The translations under genes were made by a program, and so were the position numbers. From NCBI GenBank assembly GCA_964604685.1, contig CAZRZS010000001.1:1-55222 (forward strand): a stretch of 55,222 nucleotides of DNA, written 5' to 3'. Source of the DNA: an uncultured Gammaproteobacteria bacterium. Its GTDB lineage: Bacteria > Patescibacteriota > Patescibacteriia > Magasanikbacterales > UBA922. The notes beneath the pieces were generated by a model. It did no database searches. It was given only the letters and a program-made list of their open reading frames with translations, and had not been told where the DNA came from. Numbering within the stretch: the first letter of the stretch is position 1; each line of letters opens with the position of its first letter. Below, piece after piece: positions 7,600 through 16,897 of the stretch.

Positions 7600-8581
7600 A
7601 ATTTCAGTTGTCTTTTTCGGCACGCATGATTTTGCGACCCAAATCCTACAAGGACTAATTGATAGTCCTCTTATTGAAATTAAATTAGTTATTACCCAGC
7701 CAGACAAACCAGTGGGACGAAAACAAATTTTAGAAAAAACAGCGGTGAAAGTTTTGGCGGAGAAACACGGCATTAAAATAGACCAACCTGTGTCACTTAA
7801 AACTTACAAACTTATCCCGCCACAGCGGGATCCCGTTCGCTGCGGGACAAACTTGTCCCGCCGTAGCGGGATCCCGTTCGCTACGGGACAAACTTGCAAA
7901 CTTGGCGTCTGCGCTCAATATGGCCTGTTAATTCCTAAACACATTTTAGAAACACCTAAACACGGCATCATCAACGTCCACACTTCTCTACTCCCCAAAT
8001 ACCGTGGTGCCTCCCCTATTCAATCAGCCCTAATCAATGGCGAGACTGAAACTGGCATCACAATTATGAAAATGGATGCGGGAATGGATACTGGCCCAGT
8101 TTTACTCCAAAAACCGCTTAAAATAGAGCCAGATGACACTTACCCCACCTTGAGCCAAAAGCTCTCTAAAACAGCCATTTTTGCCCTTACAGAGACCTTA
8201 AATGGGTATATTTCTGGTCAAATTATCCCTCAACCACAAGATAACTCAAAAGCCACTTACACCAAGATTTTAATGCGGGAAGACGGCAAAATAAATTGGT
8301 CTAAATCAGCGCAGGAAATTTATAATCAATATCGCGGTTTGACCCCCTGGCCAGGCATCTGGACCACCTGGCAAGACCAGCGTTTAAAACTATTAGAAAT
8401 AAAATTAGCTAAGCTAGATTTATCAGCTGGCCAAGTTAGTATAGAAAATGATAAAATATATATTGGTTGCAATAATAAAGCAATTGAAATTACAAAATTA
8501 CAATTAGAAGGCAAGCAAGCCACGGATGCAAAAACTTTTATAAACGGCCATAAGCAAATTCATGGAGAAATTCTTAAGTGA
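7580..8581 (+). CDS. fmt: Methionyl-tRNA formyltransferase, carrying a 30-aa in-frame repeat-encoded insertion
   Basis: Motifs VVFFGTHDFA, TQPDKPVGRK, INVHTSLLPKYRGASPIQ and TGITIMKMDAGMDTGP. I chose the start at ATG 7580 (MSTPSNKISVVFFG) over ORF start 7550. Confidence 0.9.
   Translation: MSTPSNKISVVFFGTHDFATQILQGLIDSPLIEIKLVITQPDKPVGRKQILEKTAVKVLAEKHGIKIDQPVSLKTYKLIPPQRDPVRCGTNLSRRSGIPFATGQTCKLGVCAQYGLLIPKHILETPKHGIINVHTSLLPKYRGASPIQSALINGETETGITIMKMDAGMDTGPVLLQKPLKIEPDDTYPTLSQKLSKTAIFALTETLNGYISGQIIPQPQDNSKATYTKILMREDGKINWSKSAQEIYNQYRGLTPWPGIWTTWQDQRLKLLEIKLAKLDLSAGQVSIENDKIYIGCNNKAIEITKLQLEGKQATDAKTFINGHKQIHGEILK
7814..7903 (+). repeat. Tandem 2 x 41-nt GC-rich double-hairpin element plus a duplicated 8-mer, in frame inside fmt
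   Basis: Unit 1 is 7814-7854 and unit 2 is 7855-7895. Each has a tcccgcc-NNNN-gcggga hairpin followed by a tcccg-ttcgct-Rcggga hairpin. acaaactt occurs at 7806-7813, ends each unit, and recurs as gcaaactt at 7896-7903. The total is 90 nt, or 30 codons (IPPQRDPVRCGTNLSRRSGIPFATGQTCKL). Confidence 0.85.
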
Positions 8582-10046
8582 CAAATCTATTTTTTTTCGC
8601 TGGCAAACCTTTTGGCTGCTGGTGATATATTTTGCTATCCGCTTAGTTTCCTATTTTCTGGCTGAACATATTATTATCCAAGGCATCTTGGTTTTTTTTA
8701 TTTTAATGCTCCTAGGCATCCTGTATTTTAAAAATCCCGAATGGGCCTGGTATTTAGTGATCAGTGAAATCTTCTTAGGTGGTTCAGGCCATTACCTAGA
8801 ATTCATCGGCCTATCCATCCGAACCCTGCTAATCGGCTTTTTTCTTTTTCTTTGGATTGCTCATCATCTAGGCCAGCGAGAATTTTTCCAGCACATTAAA
8901 ATCAACAAACAACTAATTTGCATACTAACAGCATTATTTTTCTTTTTAATTGTTAGTATGGTCAATGGTTTATACCACGAGCACGAATTTATCCAAGTAG
9001 TTAGAGATATTTTGCCCTTTACCTTTTTGTTTTTAATCTTTCCTTGCTATCATTTATTCAAACAAAATTACACCCAAGAATTTTTAGCTAGGCTGATTGT
9101 GGTTTTTATTATTGGCACAGCAATTTTTTCCCTCTTCACTTTTATCCTCTTTTCTGCTGGCATTACGGAAATTCATGACAGCTTCTATACCTGGTACCGA
9201 GATATTGATCTCGGCAAAGTTACAGACATGATGCAGGGCTTTTTCCGCGTGGTTGAACCAGGCCATTTGCTAGTTGTACCCATTATTCTTCTTATCACTT
9301 CTTTGCTTTGCCGCAATGAAAAACACCACTATATGTGGCGCCTATTGCAATTGCTAGCTATTATTGTTTTAGTTTTAAATCTCTCCCGCGGCTATTTTCT
9401 GGCCCTCATTATTGGTTTACTAATCTTAAAATACAAACACCAATGGTGGAAATGGGCTAGAGAATCGGCCACGGTTATTTTTTTAGTAATTATTATGTTT
9501 TCCGGCATTCACCTAGCCGCTAGTAATGGCTCTTCACTAGGCTGGGATTTGTTTGGCCTGCGTTTGCAGAGTTTTACTAATCCAGGGATAGAAATCTCAA
9601 CCAATACGCGCCTGATGATCCTGCCAGAGATTATAAATCTGATAAAACAAAACCCAATTTTAGGTGTCGGCCTTGGAGCTAATGTCACTTTTATTAACAC
9701 TGCTACTTACGAAACTATGACCACGCCTGCTTTTGACTGGGGCTATTTAGAAATGTGGACGGAAATGGGAATTTTTGGTGCTCTGACTCTAATTATTCTT
9801 TATGCTTTTGTGGCCTATATGCTGGTGTACAAAATACAAAAAGTGCCTAATTGGCACGATTTTGATGTCGGTTTATTGGCTGGTATAATTGCTTTTCTGG
9901 TGATGAATATTACTATCCCTGCCCTCTTCCACGTCTTTGGCATTCTCTATCTTATCTTTGCTATAACTATTGCTGTAAAATATACCAGTATTTTTGAACA
10001 AACTACGGCTTTGCTATACCGAATTTTTAACCGTTTAAAAACTTAA
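8562..10046 (+). CDS. O-antigen ligase/polymerase-like (Wzy_C family) polytopic membrane protein
   Basis: About 10-12 hydrophobic helices. The motif NLSRGYFLALIIGLL followed by a large loop is typical of Wzy_C. Confidence 0.65.
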   Translation: MEKFLSDKSIFFRWQTFWLLVIYFAIRLVSYFLAEHIIIQGILVFFILMLLGILYFKNPEWAWYLVISEIFLGGSGHYLEFIGLSIRTLLIGFFLFLWIAHHLGQREFFQHIKINKQLICILTALFFFLIVSMVNGLYHEHEFIQVVRDILPFTFLFLIFPCYHLFKQNYTQEFLARLIVVFIIGTAIFSLFTFILFSAGITEIHDSFYTWYRDIDLGKVTDMMQGFFRVVEPGHLLVVPIILLITSLLCRNEKHHYMWRLLQLLAIIVLVLNLSRGYFLALIIGLLILKYKHQWWKWARESATVIFLVIIMFSGIHLAASNGSSLGWDLFGLRLQSFTNPGIEISTNTRLMILPEIINLIKQNPILGVGLGANVTFINTATYETMTTPAFDWGYLEMWTEMGIFGALTLIILYAFVAYMLVYKIQKVPNWHDFDVGLLAGIIAFLVMNITIPALFHVFGILYLIFAITIAVKYTSIFEQTTALLYRIFNRLKT

Positions 10047-10724
10047 ACCATGCTTTTTTGAGATAATTGCTCTGGCCTCTTCATATTTCTCTACTCTACT
10101 CCTGACCCCTGGCAAATACTTCCAGGGTTTTTTGTAAGCTATCTTTGGCAACCACTGACTCATAGTACCGCCGGCTTTGATAGTGAATAATATTTCTGAG
10201 ACATAAACACCTGTCTTGCCCTGCTCTAACATAGTCAACCACAAATCCCAATCTTGGAAACGTTTTAAACTTTCATCAAATCTAAAAAAATCTTCCCGTC
10301 TGATCAAACTAGTGGTGGTGATATAGTTAATGTGTTTGAGAACGACGGGGTCAAACTCTCTGGCTGGTATTAACTTTTTGCCAAAACGATGTTTGGCATA
10401 GGCATAGGCTGCCTGCGAATTATTCTGCAGAGCCAAATACATTTTCTCCAGCATCTCCGGTTTACCCACAATATCCGCGTCCCAGAATATAACATAGTCG
10501 CCTTTGGATAAGGCAAACCCTTTATTTCTAGCTGCCGGCGCGCCTTGATTTTTCTGGCGCTGTAATTTTATACCTGCTACTACTTCCACAGGTATTTCAC
10601 TACCATCGTCAACTACAATAATTTCTAAATTTTTATAAGTCTGTTGTCTAATTGATTGTAAAGCTGCCAGTAATTCTTGATTCTGATTATATACTGGAAT
10701 AATAATAGAAATCAAAGGTAACAT
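10035..10724 (-). CDS. Glycosyltransferase family 2
   Basis: ISIIIPVYNQ..., IIVVDDGS and FWDAD. I chose the start at ATG 10724 (MLPLISIII), directly after the upstream stop. The ORF-track extension to 10826 overlaps the upstream gene. Confidence 0.85.
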   Translation of the reverse strand: MLPLISIIIPVYNQNQELLAALQSIRQQTYKNLEIIVVDDGSEIPVEVVAGIKLQRQKNQGAPAARNKGFALSKGDYVIFWDADIVGKPEMLEKMYLALQNNSQAAYAYAKHRFGKKLIPAREFDPVVLKHINYITTTSLIRREDFFRFDESLKRFQDWDLWLTMLEQGKTGVYVSEILFTIKAGGTMSQWLPKIAYKKPWKYLPGVRSRVEKYEEARAIISKKHGLSF

Positions 10725-10725
10725 A

Positions 10726-11862
10726 TTAGCGCCACTCGGATATAACTTTAAGCTGGTGTTTCCACTGAAAATTAGCCTGCATGCGGGACTGGGCATTTTG
10801 ACCCAGCTGTTTAGCATAGTCTGCATTTTTCAATAACTCTAAAATTGAATTAATCACAAACTCATCACCTTTAAATATATCCACGACTAAGCCTGTCTGA
10901 GTATGCACTACAGCTTCTTCAACTCCCCCACTTTTGCCCGCCACCACTGGTGTGCCACAAGCGGCGGCTTCTAAAAAGACTAAGCCCAAACCTTCTTCTC
11001 GACCTTCATCTGGATGAGTTAGTAAAACAAAGATATCAGCCAAGTGATAATAATTTTTTAATTCTTGATGAGGCATTTCCCCAATAAAGCGAATGGCATT
11101 TTGCAAATTCTGTTTTTGCATTTCTTCAATAAACCAATTTTTCTTAGGGCCATCACCAATTACTACCCAGACCAAATTTGGCACTACCTCTGTCAGCTTG
11201 GAAAAAATTCGTAGCAAATGCGGATAACCTTTACCATCAATCATGCGGGCAATGGTAACCATAACTTTTTTACCTTCTAGAGCATACTGGGCTCGCAGCT
11301 TATGTATAGTTTCTTCTGCTGGTGGTTCATAAAACATCTTTTCAGGACAGGGATACAAAACGACAACCTTGTTTTCCAATTCTGGCAAAATTTTTAACAG
11401 CCGATGTTTAAGTGATTCACTATTAAAAATAATCTGTTCAGCTTCACTAGTAACTTTAGTTAACATTCTACGCTTCCAAGCTGAACGCGCCCCCATTTCC
11501 ACATCCGTACCGTGGGAAAAAACCAAATAAGGTATTTTCTTTAGTTTTTTCATTAACCAACCCACATAGCCAACGGGCAAGACATGGTGGAGATAGAGAA
11601 TGTCAAATTTCTCTTTGCGATTTAGCCAAAAAATCTGCCAGAACAAACGCAGCCAACGCGGCCAGATAAATTTAGGAAAATATGGATTTTTTCTGACCAC
11701 TTTAATTCCTAAATTATTATCATACTCCTTATCACCCTTATATTTAGGCGCTAGAACTATGACCTCATTACCTTGCAAGGATTCGGCAAAATATCTTACA
11801 TAGGTGGCAATGCCACCCAAATGAGGTGGAAATTCTAAAGTGATAATTAAAATTTTACGCAT
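10726..11862 (-). CDS. Glycosyltransferase family 4 (GT-B, Glycos_transf_1)
   Basis: EGLGLVFLEAAACGTPVVAGKSGGVEEAV is the E-x7-E region. Confidence 0.85.
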   Translation of the reverse strand: MRKILIITLEFPPHLGGIATYVRYFAESLQGNEVIVLAPKYKGDKEYDNNLGIKVVRKNPYFPKFIWPRWLRLFWQIFWLNRKEKFDILYLHHVLPVGYVGWLMKKLKKIPYLVFSHGTDVEMGARSAWKRRMLTKVTSEAEQIIFNSESLKHRLLKILPELENKVVVLYPCPEKMFYEPPAEETIHKLRAQYALEGKKVMVTIARMIDGKGYPHLLRIFSKLTEVVPNLVWVVIGDGPKKNWFIEEMQKQNLQNAIRFIGEMPHQELKNYYHLADIFVLLTHPDEGREEGLGLVFLEAAACGTPVVAGKSGGVEEAVVHTQTGLVVDIFKGDEFVINSILELLKNADYAKQLGQNAQSRMQANFQWKHQLKVISEWR

Positions 11863-11863
11863 A

Positions 11864-13297
11864 TTATCTTTTAACTAAAACTAAGGCTTCTTTGATTTGT
11901 TCTTTGGTTATGGAACGGGTGACAACCAACATAATGGGATAGATAATGGCACCGGCTAAGATGGCTAAACCCCAATGAAAATTTAAATTTATATACCAAA
12001 CTCCTAAACCCATCACTGCTACGGCCACAAATAATTGTAAAAAAGTTTTACTTAAAAAAATATGCGAAATTTTAGTGATTTTTGGTATAATCATATAGCC
12101 CAATATAGTTAGAAAAATATTACCCACCAAAGCGGCCACGGCTGCACCGACCACGCCATAAATTGGAATCAAAATTACATTTAAAATAATATTTACCACC
12201 ATTACCACAAAAACAATTATTGTCTGAGTGATTTGACGATTGCAGGCATTAAGAAATGCGCCAATGGGAAAACTGATAAAGGAAAAAACTAGGCCGGCCA
12301 AGAGAATTTGTAAAGGCAAAATTGAAGCTTCATATTCAGTTGTGTAAATAGAAAGAATAATATCTTTGGACAAAACACCTATGCCCACAGTAATGGGAAA
12401 AACTATGATTAACAAATATTTTAAACCACGTTCAAAAATATAGGCCAAACGCGCTTTATTAAACATAAAATATTCACTGAAGCGTGGATAGAGTACAGCT
12501 ACCAATGCTAGAGGAATAAACTGAAAAGAATAAGTTATCTTATATGGTATGCTATACCAACCCACGGCTATGTCGCCAATTAGTTTGGAAAGTAAAATGG
12601 AATCAATATATGAATAGACACGGGCAAAAATAGCGGCTAAAGCAAAGGGTAAAATCAGCTTGCCAATAAATTTTAAAATATCCTTGTCATATTTTGGCAC
12701 TAAGTTAATTTTATAATTTTTATATAAAATTATACTGGCATAACAAACATTCAAAAAACTTGGTAAAGTAAAAGCCGCAATCAGCCAAATCAAAGGAAAA
12801 CCTAAATACAAAAAAGTCGTGCCTAAAATCAAAGTTATTAATTGGCTGGCCGTTACACCTATAGCCTCATATTTCAAATTTCCCAAAGCCCGCAGTATAC
12901 CATAGATAGAAAGATGTAAAGAATCAAACAACATGGTAATAGCTGAAAGATAAACTAAATGCTTGGTTTCTATGGGATAACCCATGAGGTTTATGGTAAC
13001 GACTGCAGCGATGTATGTAAGAATACTTAAAAAAATCTTGACGAAAATAACATTGGAAAAATATTGCTGAATTTTTTCCTTTAAACGTGAAGCTTCGCGA
13101 ATCAAAACATTATTCAAGCCTAAATCAACCAAAACCACAAATAAAGTTGTAAAAGACAAAGCAAAAAAGTATTTACCAGTACCTTCAGCGCCAATCTGCC
13201 TTGCAATTAACGTAAAATAGACAAAAGAGAGTATCTTTTGCCCAATTGAAGCCACGGTCATGTAGGCAGTATTTTTAGCAATAGTTTGGGATTCCAT
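11864..13297 (-). CDS. Oligosaccharide/polysaccharide flippase (MOP/Wzx family)
   Basis: A 477-aa protein with about 12-14 TM helices. The N-terminal KNTAYMTVASIGQKILSFVYFTLIAR is typical of the polysaccharide biosynthesis protein family. Confidence 0.7.
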   Translation of the reverse strand: MESQTIAKNTAYMTVASIGQKILSFVYFTLIARQIGAEGTGKYFFALSFTTLFVVLVDLGLNNVLIREASRLKEKIQQYFSNVIFVKIFLSILTYIAAVVTINLMGYPIETKHLVYLSAITMLFDSLHLSIYGILRALGNLKYEAIGVTASQLITLILGTTFLYLGFPLIWLIAAFTLPSFLNVCYASIILYKNYKINLVPKYDKDILKFIGKLILPFALAAIFARVYSYIDSILLSKLIGDIAVGWYSIPYKITYSFQFIPLALVAVLYPRFSEYFMFNKARLAYIFERGLKYLLIIVFPITVGIGVLSKDIILSIYTTEYEASILPLQILLAGLVFSFISFPIGAFLNACNRQITQTIIVFVVMVVNIILNVILIPIYGVVGAAVAALVGNIFLTILGYMIIPKITKISHIFLSKTFLQLFVAVAVMGLGVWYINLNFHWGLAILAGAIIYPIMLVVTRSITKEQIKEALVLVKR

Positions 13298-13334
13298 GAG
13301 ATATATTCTACTCTAAAATTAGAGAAAAGACAAT

Positions 13335-13358
13335 ACAAAAATCCCCTTGCGGGGATTT
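13335..13358 (-). terminator. Intrinsic terminator downstream of rpsI
   Basis: On the minus strand: aaatcccc gcaa ggggattt followed by tttgt. Confidence 0.7.
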
Positions 13359-13373
13359 AATATATCCATTAAA

Positions 13374-13778
13374 TTAACGCTTTCTCCATTGGTGTCCGCG
13401 TCTAGCTCTATGCTTACCAAATTTCTTTCTTTCTTTACCACGAGAATCGCGAGTTAAGAAACCTTCAGCTTTCAATAATGGCTTTAATTCTTCATTCCAT
13501 TTTACTAAAGCTCTAGCCACACCATGACGAATAGCTTCTGCCTGGGAATTAATACCACCGCCAACCACTTTTACAGAAATAGCAAAAGTTTTTTCTTTAC
13601 TCACTTTTTGCAAAGGCGCTATAACTTTGTCATACCAAAAGGCAATAGGAAAATATTCTTTAACATCTTTGCCATTTACCACAAACTCACCCTTACCATG
13701 AGCTAAACGCACACGAGCAACGGCTGTTTTACGGCGACCAAGGGCTCTAATAATTGTTTTGTCTGTCTTTGTAGGCAT
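13374..13778 (-). CDS. rpsI: 30S ribosomal protein S9
   Basis: GRRKTAVARV..., GGGINSQAEAIRHGVARAL and a basic C-terminus. Confidence 0.95.
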   Translation of the reverse strand: MPTKTDKTIIRALGRRKTAVARVRLAHGKGEFVVNGKDVKEYFPIAFWYDKVIAPLQKVSKEKTFAISVKVVGGGINSQAEAIRHGVARALVKWNEELKPLLKAEGFLTRDSRGKERKKFGKHRARRGHQWRKR

Positions 13779-13779
13779 A

Positions 13780-14142
13780 TTAAGCTTTGATAGTTAAACG
13801 TTTCATCATACCATCTCGCAATTTATTTTTTGGCAACATACCATAGACAGCACGTCGGATGACTTCGGTGGGATCTTTGTCAAAAATCTTTTTCATAGGG
13901 GTACGGCGCAAGCCACCGGGATGCATAGTGTGATGATAATAATCTTTTTGCACTAATTTTTTACCGGTAAATTTAATTTTACTAGCATTTATTACTGTCA
14001 CATAATCACCACTATCAATATGGGGCACAAAACCTGGCTTGGTTTTACCGCGTAAAATCATTGCTATCTGAGTGGCTAAACGACCAGCGGCTTTGCCAGT
14101 AGCATCTAATTCAATTTTCTTTCTTGTAATTTCTTTAGTCAT
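13780..14142 (-). CDS. rplM: 50S ribosomal protein L13
   Basis: GRLATQIAMILRGKTKP.F.PH.D.GD.V.VINA. The start is set at ATG 14142, just after the rplQ stop. The ORF-track extension overlaps rplQ. Confidence 0.93.
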   Translation of the reverse strand: MTKEITRKKIELDATGKAAGRLATQIAMILRGKTKPGFVPHIDSGDYVTVINASKIKFTGKKLVQKDYYHHTMHPGGLRRTPMKKIFDKDPTEVIRRAVYGMLPKNKLRDGMMKRLTIKA

Positions 14143-14146
14143 AAGC

Positions 14147-14497
14147 TCAAACAAATTCAATACGAGCCGTGGCGGCGGCATCACTAGACCGTCTGCCTAA
14201 TTTAGTAATCCTAGTATAACCACCTTGTCTATCCTTATATTTAGGACCAACTTCTTCCATAAGCTTTTTCACAGCTTTTTCTGTGTAGAGAACCTTTAAA
14301 ACTTGACGCCGGGCAGTCAAAGTATTTTTTCGCGCCGTAGTCACCAAAGGTTCAACTATACCTCGCAAAGCCTTGGCTTTAGCTTCAGTAGTTTTAATTG
14401 AACCATATAAAATCAGACTTTCAGCCAAATTTCTAAACATGGCTTCACGCGGAGCTTTCTTTCTGCCTAAAATTTTCTTTTCTACTTTATGACGCAT
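14147..14497 (-). CDS. rplQ: 50S ribosomal protein L17
   Basis: MRHKVEKKILGRKKAPREAMFRNLAESLILYGSIKTTEAKAK. Confidence 0.95.
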   Translation of the reverse strand: MRHKVEKKILGRKKAPREAMFRNLAESLILYGSIKTTEAKAKALRGIVEPLVTTARKNTLTARRQVLKVLYTEKAVKKLMEEVGPKYKDRQGGYTRITKLGRRSSDAAATARIEFV

Positions 14498-14505
14498 ATA
14501 TGAAA

Positions 14506-15318
14506 TTATTTTTCTTTAGATTCTTTAGTTGTTTCAACTTCTGCTTCTTCAGTTTTTTTCTTACGACCACGCTTTTTGTGTTTTACTTCTTCTTCAACTT
14601 CCACAACCTCTTCTTCAATTTTACCACTATCAGCAGCCTCCAAAACTAAAGCAAAATGATCCATAAGAATCTTCGTAGCCTGTTGTACAGCTTCCTTAGG
14701 AGCAATTGCACCATTGGTTTCAATATTCAAAGTCAATTTTTCATAATCCGTGATATCGCCAACACGAGTCAATTCCACATTATATCCCACATCACGAATT
14801 GGCGTGTAAAGTGAATCAATCAAAATCGTGCCTAAATCTAAACCCTTGGAATCTTTTTCTTCAACTGGAACATAACCCCGTCCATTACCAATAATAATGT
14901 CCATTTCAATTTCCGTATTAGCATCAGTAATAGTTAAAAGTTTTAAATCTGTATTAATAATCTCGACATCAGAATTTTTACCAAAATCAGCGACTTTAAC
15001 CTCGCCTTTGCCTTTCTTTTTCAAACTTAACGTAACCTGCTCTTCTGTAAAAGATTTAACCGCAATTTGTTTTAAATTCAAAATTATTTCAACGACATCT
15101 TCATGCACGCCTTCAATTGTAGAAAATTCATGCTGGACACCGGCAATGCGTACCGATTCTACAGCCGCTCCAGGTAAAGATGAAAGCAAAACTCGGCGTA
15201 AAGCATTGCCTAGCGTGGTACCATAACCTTGATGGCAAGGCATAACTAAAACCTTACCCAAATTAGGGCTGTCACCTTCAGAAAATTCAACGGTTGATGG
15301 TAATAATATCTCCTCCAT
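14506..15318 (-). CDS. rpoA: DNA-directed RNA polymerase alpha subunit: N-terminal domain only, followed by a charged tail
   Basis: GYGTTLGNALRRVLLSSLPGAAV and the conserved operon position between rpsD and rplQ. The protein has 270 aa and ends EEEVVEVEEEVKHKKRGRKKKTEEAEVETTKESKEK, with no helix-hairpin-helix CTD. Confidence 0.9.
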   Translation of the reverse strand: MEEILLPSTVEFSEGDSPNLGKVLVMPCHQGYGTTLGNALRRVLLSSLPGAAVESVRIAGVQHEFSTIEGVHEDVVEIILNLKQIAVKSFTEEQVTLSLKKKGKGEVKVADFGKNSDVEIINTDLKLLTITDANTEIEMDIIIGNGRGYVPVEEKDSKGLDLGTILIDSLYTPIRDVGYNVELTRVGDITDYEKLTLNIETNGAIAPKEAVQQATKILMDHFALVLEAADSGKIEEEVVEVEEEVKHKKRGRKKKTEEAEVETTKESKEK

Positions 15319-15341
15319 AAAATTGGTATTTAAAAATAAGT

Positions 15342-15968
15342 TTACCTATTTGAATAATATTCAATAATCAATTTAACATCAAAAACTTTGTCAAAATCTT
15401 TTTCATTGGGAATATTTAGAATCTTGCCAGTCTTTTTAGGCAGATCTAAAGACAGCCAACTAGCTAAATCCACTTTGGCTAATCTTTCACTTAAATCTTC
15501 AAATAATTTTTTCTTTTGCTTATTCTCCCGTAAACTAATTTCATCGCTGACTTTGCATAAATGTGAAGGGATATTTAATTTCTTGCCATTAACAGCAAAC
15601 ATGCCATGATTAACCATTTGCCGAGCCTGAGCGCGAGTAATGGCTAAACCAAGACGATAAACGACATTGTCTAAACGTAATTCAAGCAAACGTTGTAAAT
15701 TAACACCAGAATCACCTTCCAAACGAATGGCTTCTGTAACATAGCGACGAAACTGACGTTCATGAATATTATAGATAAATTTAGCTTTTTGCTTTTCAAT
15801 TAATTGCTTACCATAAGAAGAACCAACCCTGCTACTTCTTTTTTTAGGGCCATGAACACCTGGCATTTGATTTAAACGACGAGCCACTTTGTTAGAGTTG
15901 CTCTTTAAGCCTAGGTTAACTCCAAACCGTCTGGCAATCTTATTTTTTGGACCAATATATTTACCCAT
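15342..15968 (-). CDS. rpsD: 30S ribosomal protein S4
   Basis: MGKYIGPKNKIARRFGVNL and the S4 RNA-binding domain LDNVVYRLGLAITRAQARQMVNHG. Confidence 0.95.
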   Translation of the reverse strand: MGKYIGPKNKIARRFGVNLGLKSNSNKVARRLNQMPGVHGPKKRSSRVGSSYGKQLIEKQKAKFIYNIHERQFRRYVTEAIRLEGDSGVNLQRLLELRLDNVVYRLGLAITRAQARQMVNHGMFAVNGKKLNIPSHLCKVSDEISLRENKQKKKLFEDLSERLAKVDLASWLSLDLPKKTGKILNIPNEKDFDKVFDVKLIIEYYSNR

Positions 15969-15970
15969 AG

Positions 15971-16366
15971 TTATACTCTACGTCTTTTTGGCGGACGACA
16001 ACCATTGTGTGGAATTGGCGTCACATCTTTAATTGATAAAACTTGCAAGCCATTAGCATTCAAACCGCGAATAGCGCCTTCTCTACCACCGCCAATACCT
16101 TTAACTAAAACATTAACCTCTTTCAAACCATAGGGAGCCACAGCTTCAACGGCCTTCTTAACTACTTGTTGAGCAGCATATGGCGTAGCTTTTTTCGGAC
16201 CTTTAAAACCAACTAAGCCAGCACTTGACCAGCCTAAAACATCGCCATTTTGATCAGTCAAAGTCACAATGGTATTATTAAAAGTTGCCTGAATATATGC
16301 TCGGCCATGAGTGACCTGTTTAATAACTTTTTTCTTCTTTTTAGTTTTTTTAGCTGTTTTAGCCAT
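15971..16366 (-). CDS. rpsK: 30S ribosomal protein S11
   Basis: [30 protein letters not shown]. Confidence 0.95.
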   Translation of the reverse strand: MAKTAKKTKKKKKVIKQVTHGRAYIQATFNNTIVTLTDQNGDVLGWSSAGLVGFKGPKKATPYAAQQVVKKAVEAVAPYGLKEVNVLVKGIGGGREGAIRGLNANGLQVLSIKDVTPIPHNGCRPPKRRRV

Positions 16367-16369
16367 AAA

Positions 16370-16756
16370 TTAGGTCTTTTGAGCCACTGGTTTTTTACCA
16401 CTAGTCGCTAGATTGCGCTTGTTACCTCGCAAAGTCCGACTATTAGTTTTAGTTCTTTGGCCACGGCAAGGTAATTTCTTGGCATGACGAGAACCGCGGT
16501 AAGATTTAATATCTTTTAAACGTTTAACATTACTAGCTACTTCTCGACGTAAATCACCCTCTGTCTTATATTGTTTCTCAACAATCGAACGAATAGTATC
16601 TTGTTGTTGTTCAGTCAAATCCTTAACGCGAATATTTTCATCTACTTGAGCAATTTTTAAAATCTTTTGAGCACTAGTCTTGCCTACACCATAAATATAG
16701 GTTAAAGCAATAACCACTCTTTTTTCTTTTGGAATTGAGATACCAGCAACACGCAT
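16370..16756 (-). CDS. rpsM: 30S ribosomal protein S13
   Basis: MRVAGISIPKEKRVVIALTYIYGVGKTSAQKIL. Confidence 0.95.
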   Translation of the reverse strand: MRVAGISIPKEKRVVIALTYIYGVGKTSAQKILKIAQVDENIRVKDLTEQQQDTIRSIVEKQYKTEGDLRREVASNVKRLKDIKSYRGSRHAKKLPCRGQRTKTNSRTLRGNKRNLATSGKKPVAQKT

Positions 16757-16759
16757 AGT

Positions 16760-16897
16760 TTAAGCAGATTTTTTACGTTGTTTTTTCCCCTGACGTTGTT
16801 TATGACGCGGATTTTCACAAATAACATAAACAACTCCAGCCCTACGGACTGTCTGACATTTTGCACAACGTTTTTTTGCAGAAGTTCTAACCTTCAT
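16760..16897 (-). CDS. rpmJ: 50S ribosomal protein L36 (45 aa, with an 8-aa basic C-terminal extension)
   Basis: My own translation of the minus strand gives [45 protein letters not shown]. It has the CxxC...C..H zinc pattern and the conserved infA-rpmJ-rpsM order. The ORF is below the ORF-track size cutoff. Confidence 0.9.
   Translation of the reverse strand: MKVRTSAKKRCAKCQTVRRAGVVYVICENPRHKQRQGKKQRKKSA

Noticed and set aside
7814-7895. The tandem 41-nt repeats as a mini CRISPR array
   Set aside because: The units are directly adjacent with no spacers. There are only two of them, they lie inside a conserved CDS in frame, and no cas genes are present.
10725-10826. N-terminal extensions in the ORF track: GT2 to 10826, rplM to 14184, Nudix to 35099, rsmH to 51393, mraZ to 51876, beta-CASP to 53396, the membrane protein to 37783 and fmt from 7550
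   Set aside because: The extensions overlap the upstream gene or a promoter. They lack homology to the family N-termini. Internal ATGs give canonical N-termini positioned right after the upstream stop codons.
14897-15226. Antisense ORFs inside conserved genes, for example 14897-15226 in rpoA, 46393-46920 in the wecA-like gene, 43253-43559 in dnaB, 22700-23005 in murA and 47300-47878 in the clp-like gene
   Set aside because: Each lies entirely within, and antisense or out of frame to, a strongly supported CDS. Their translations are low-complexity. They are typical shadow ORFs.
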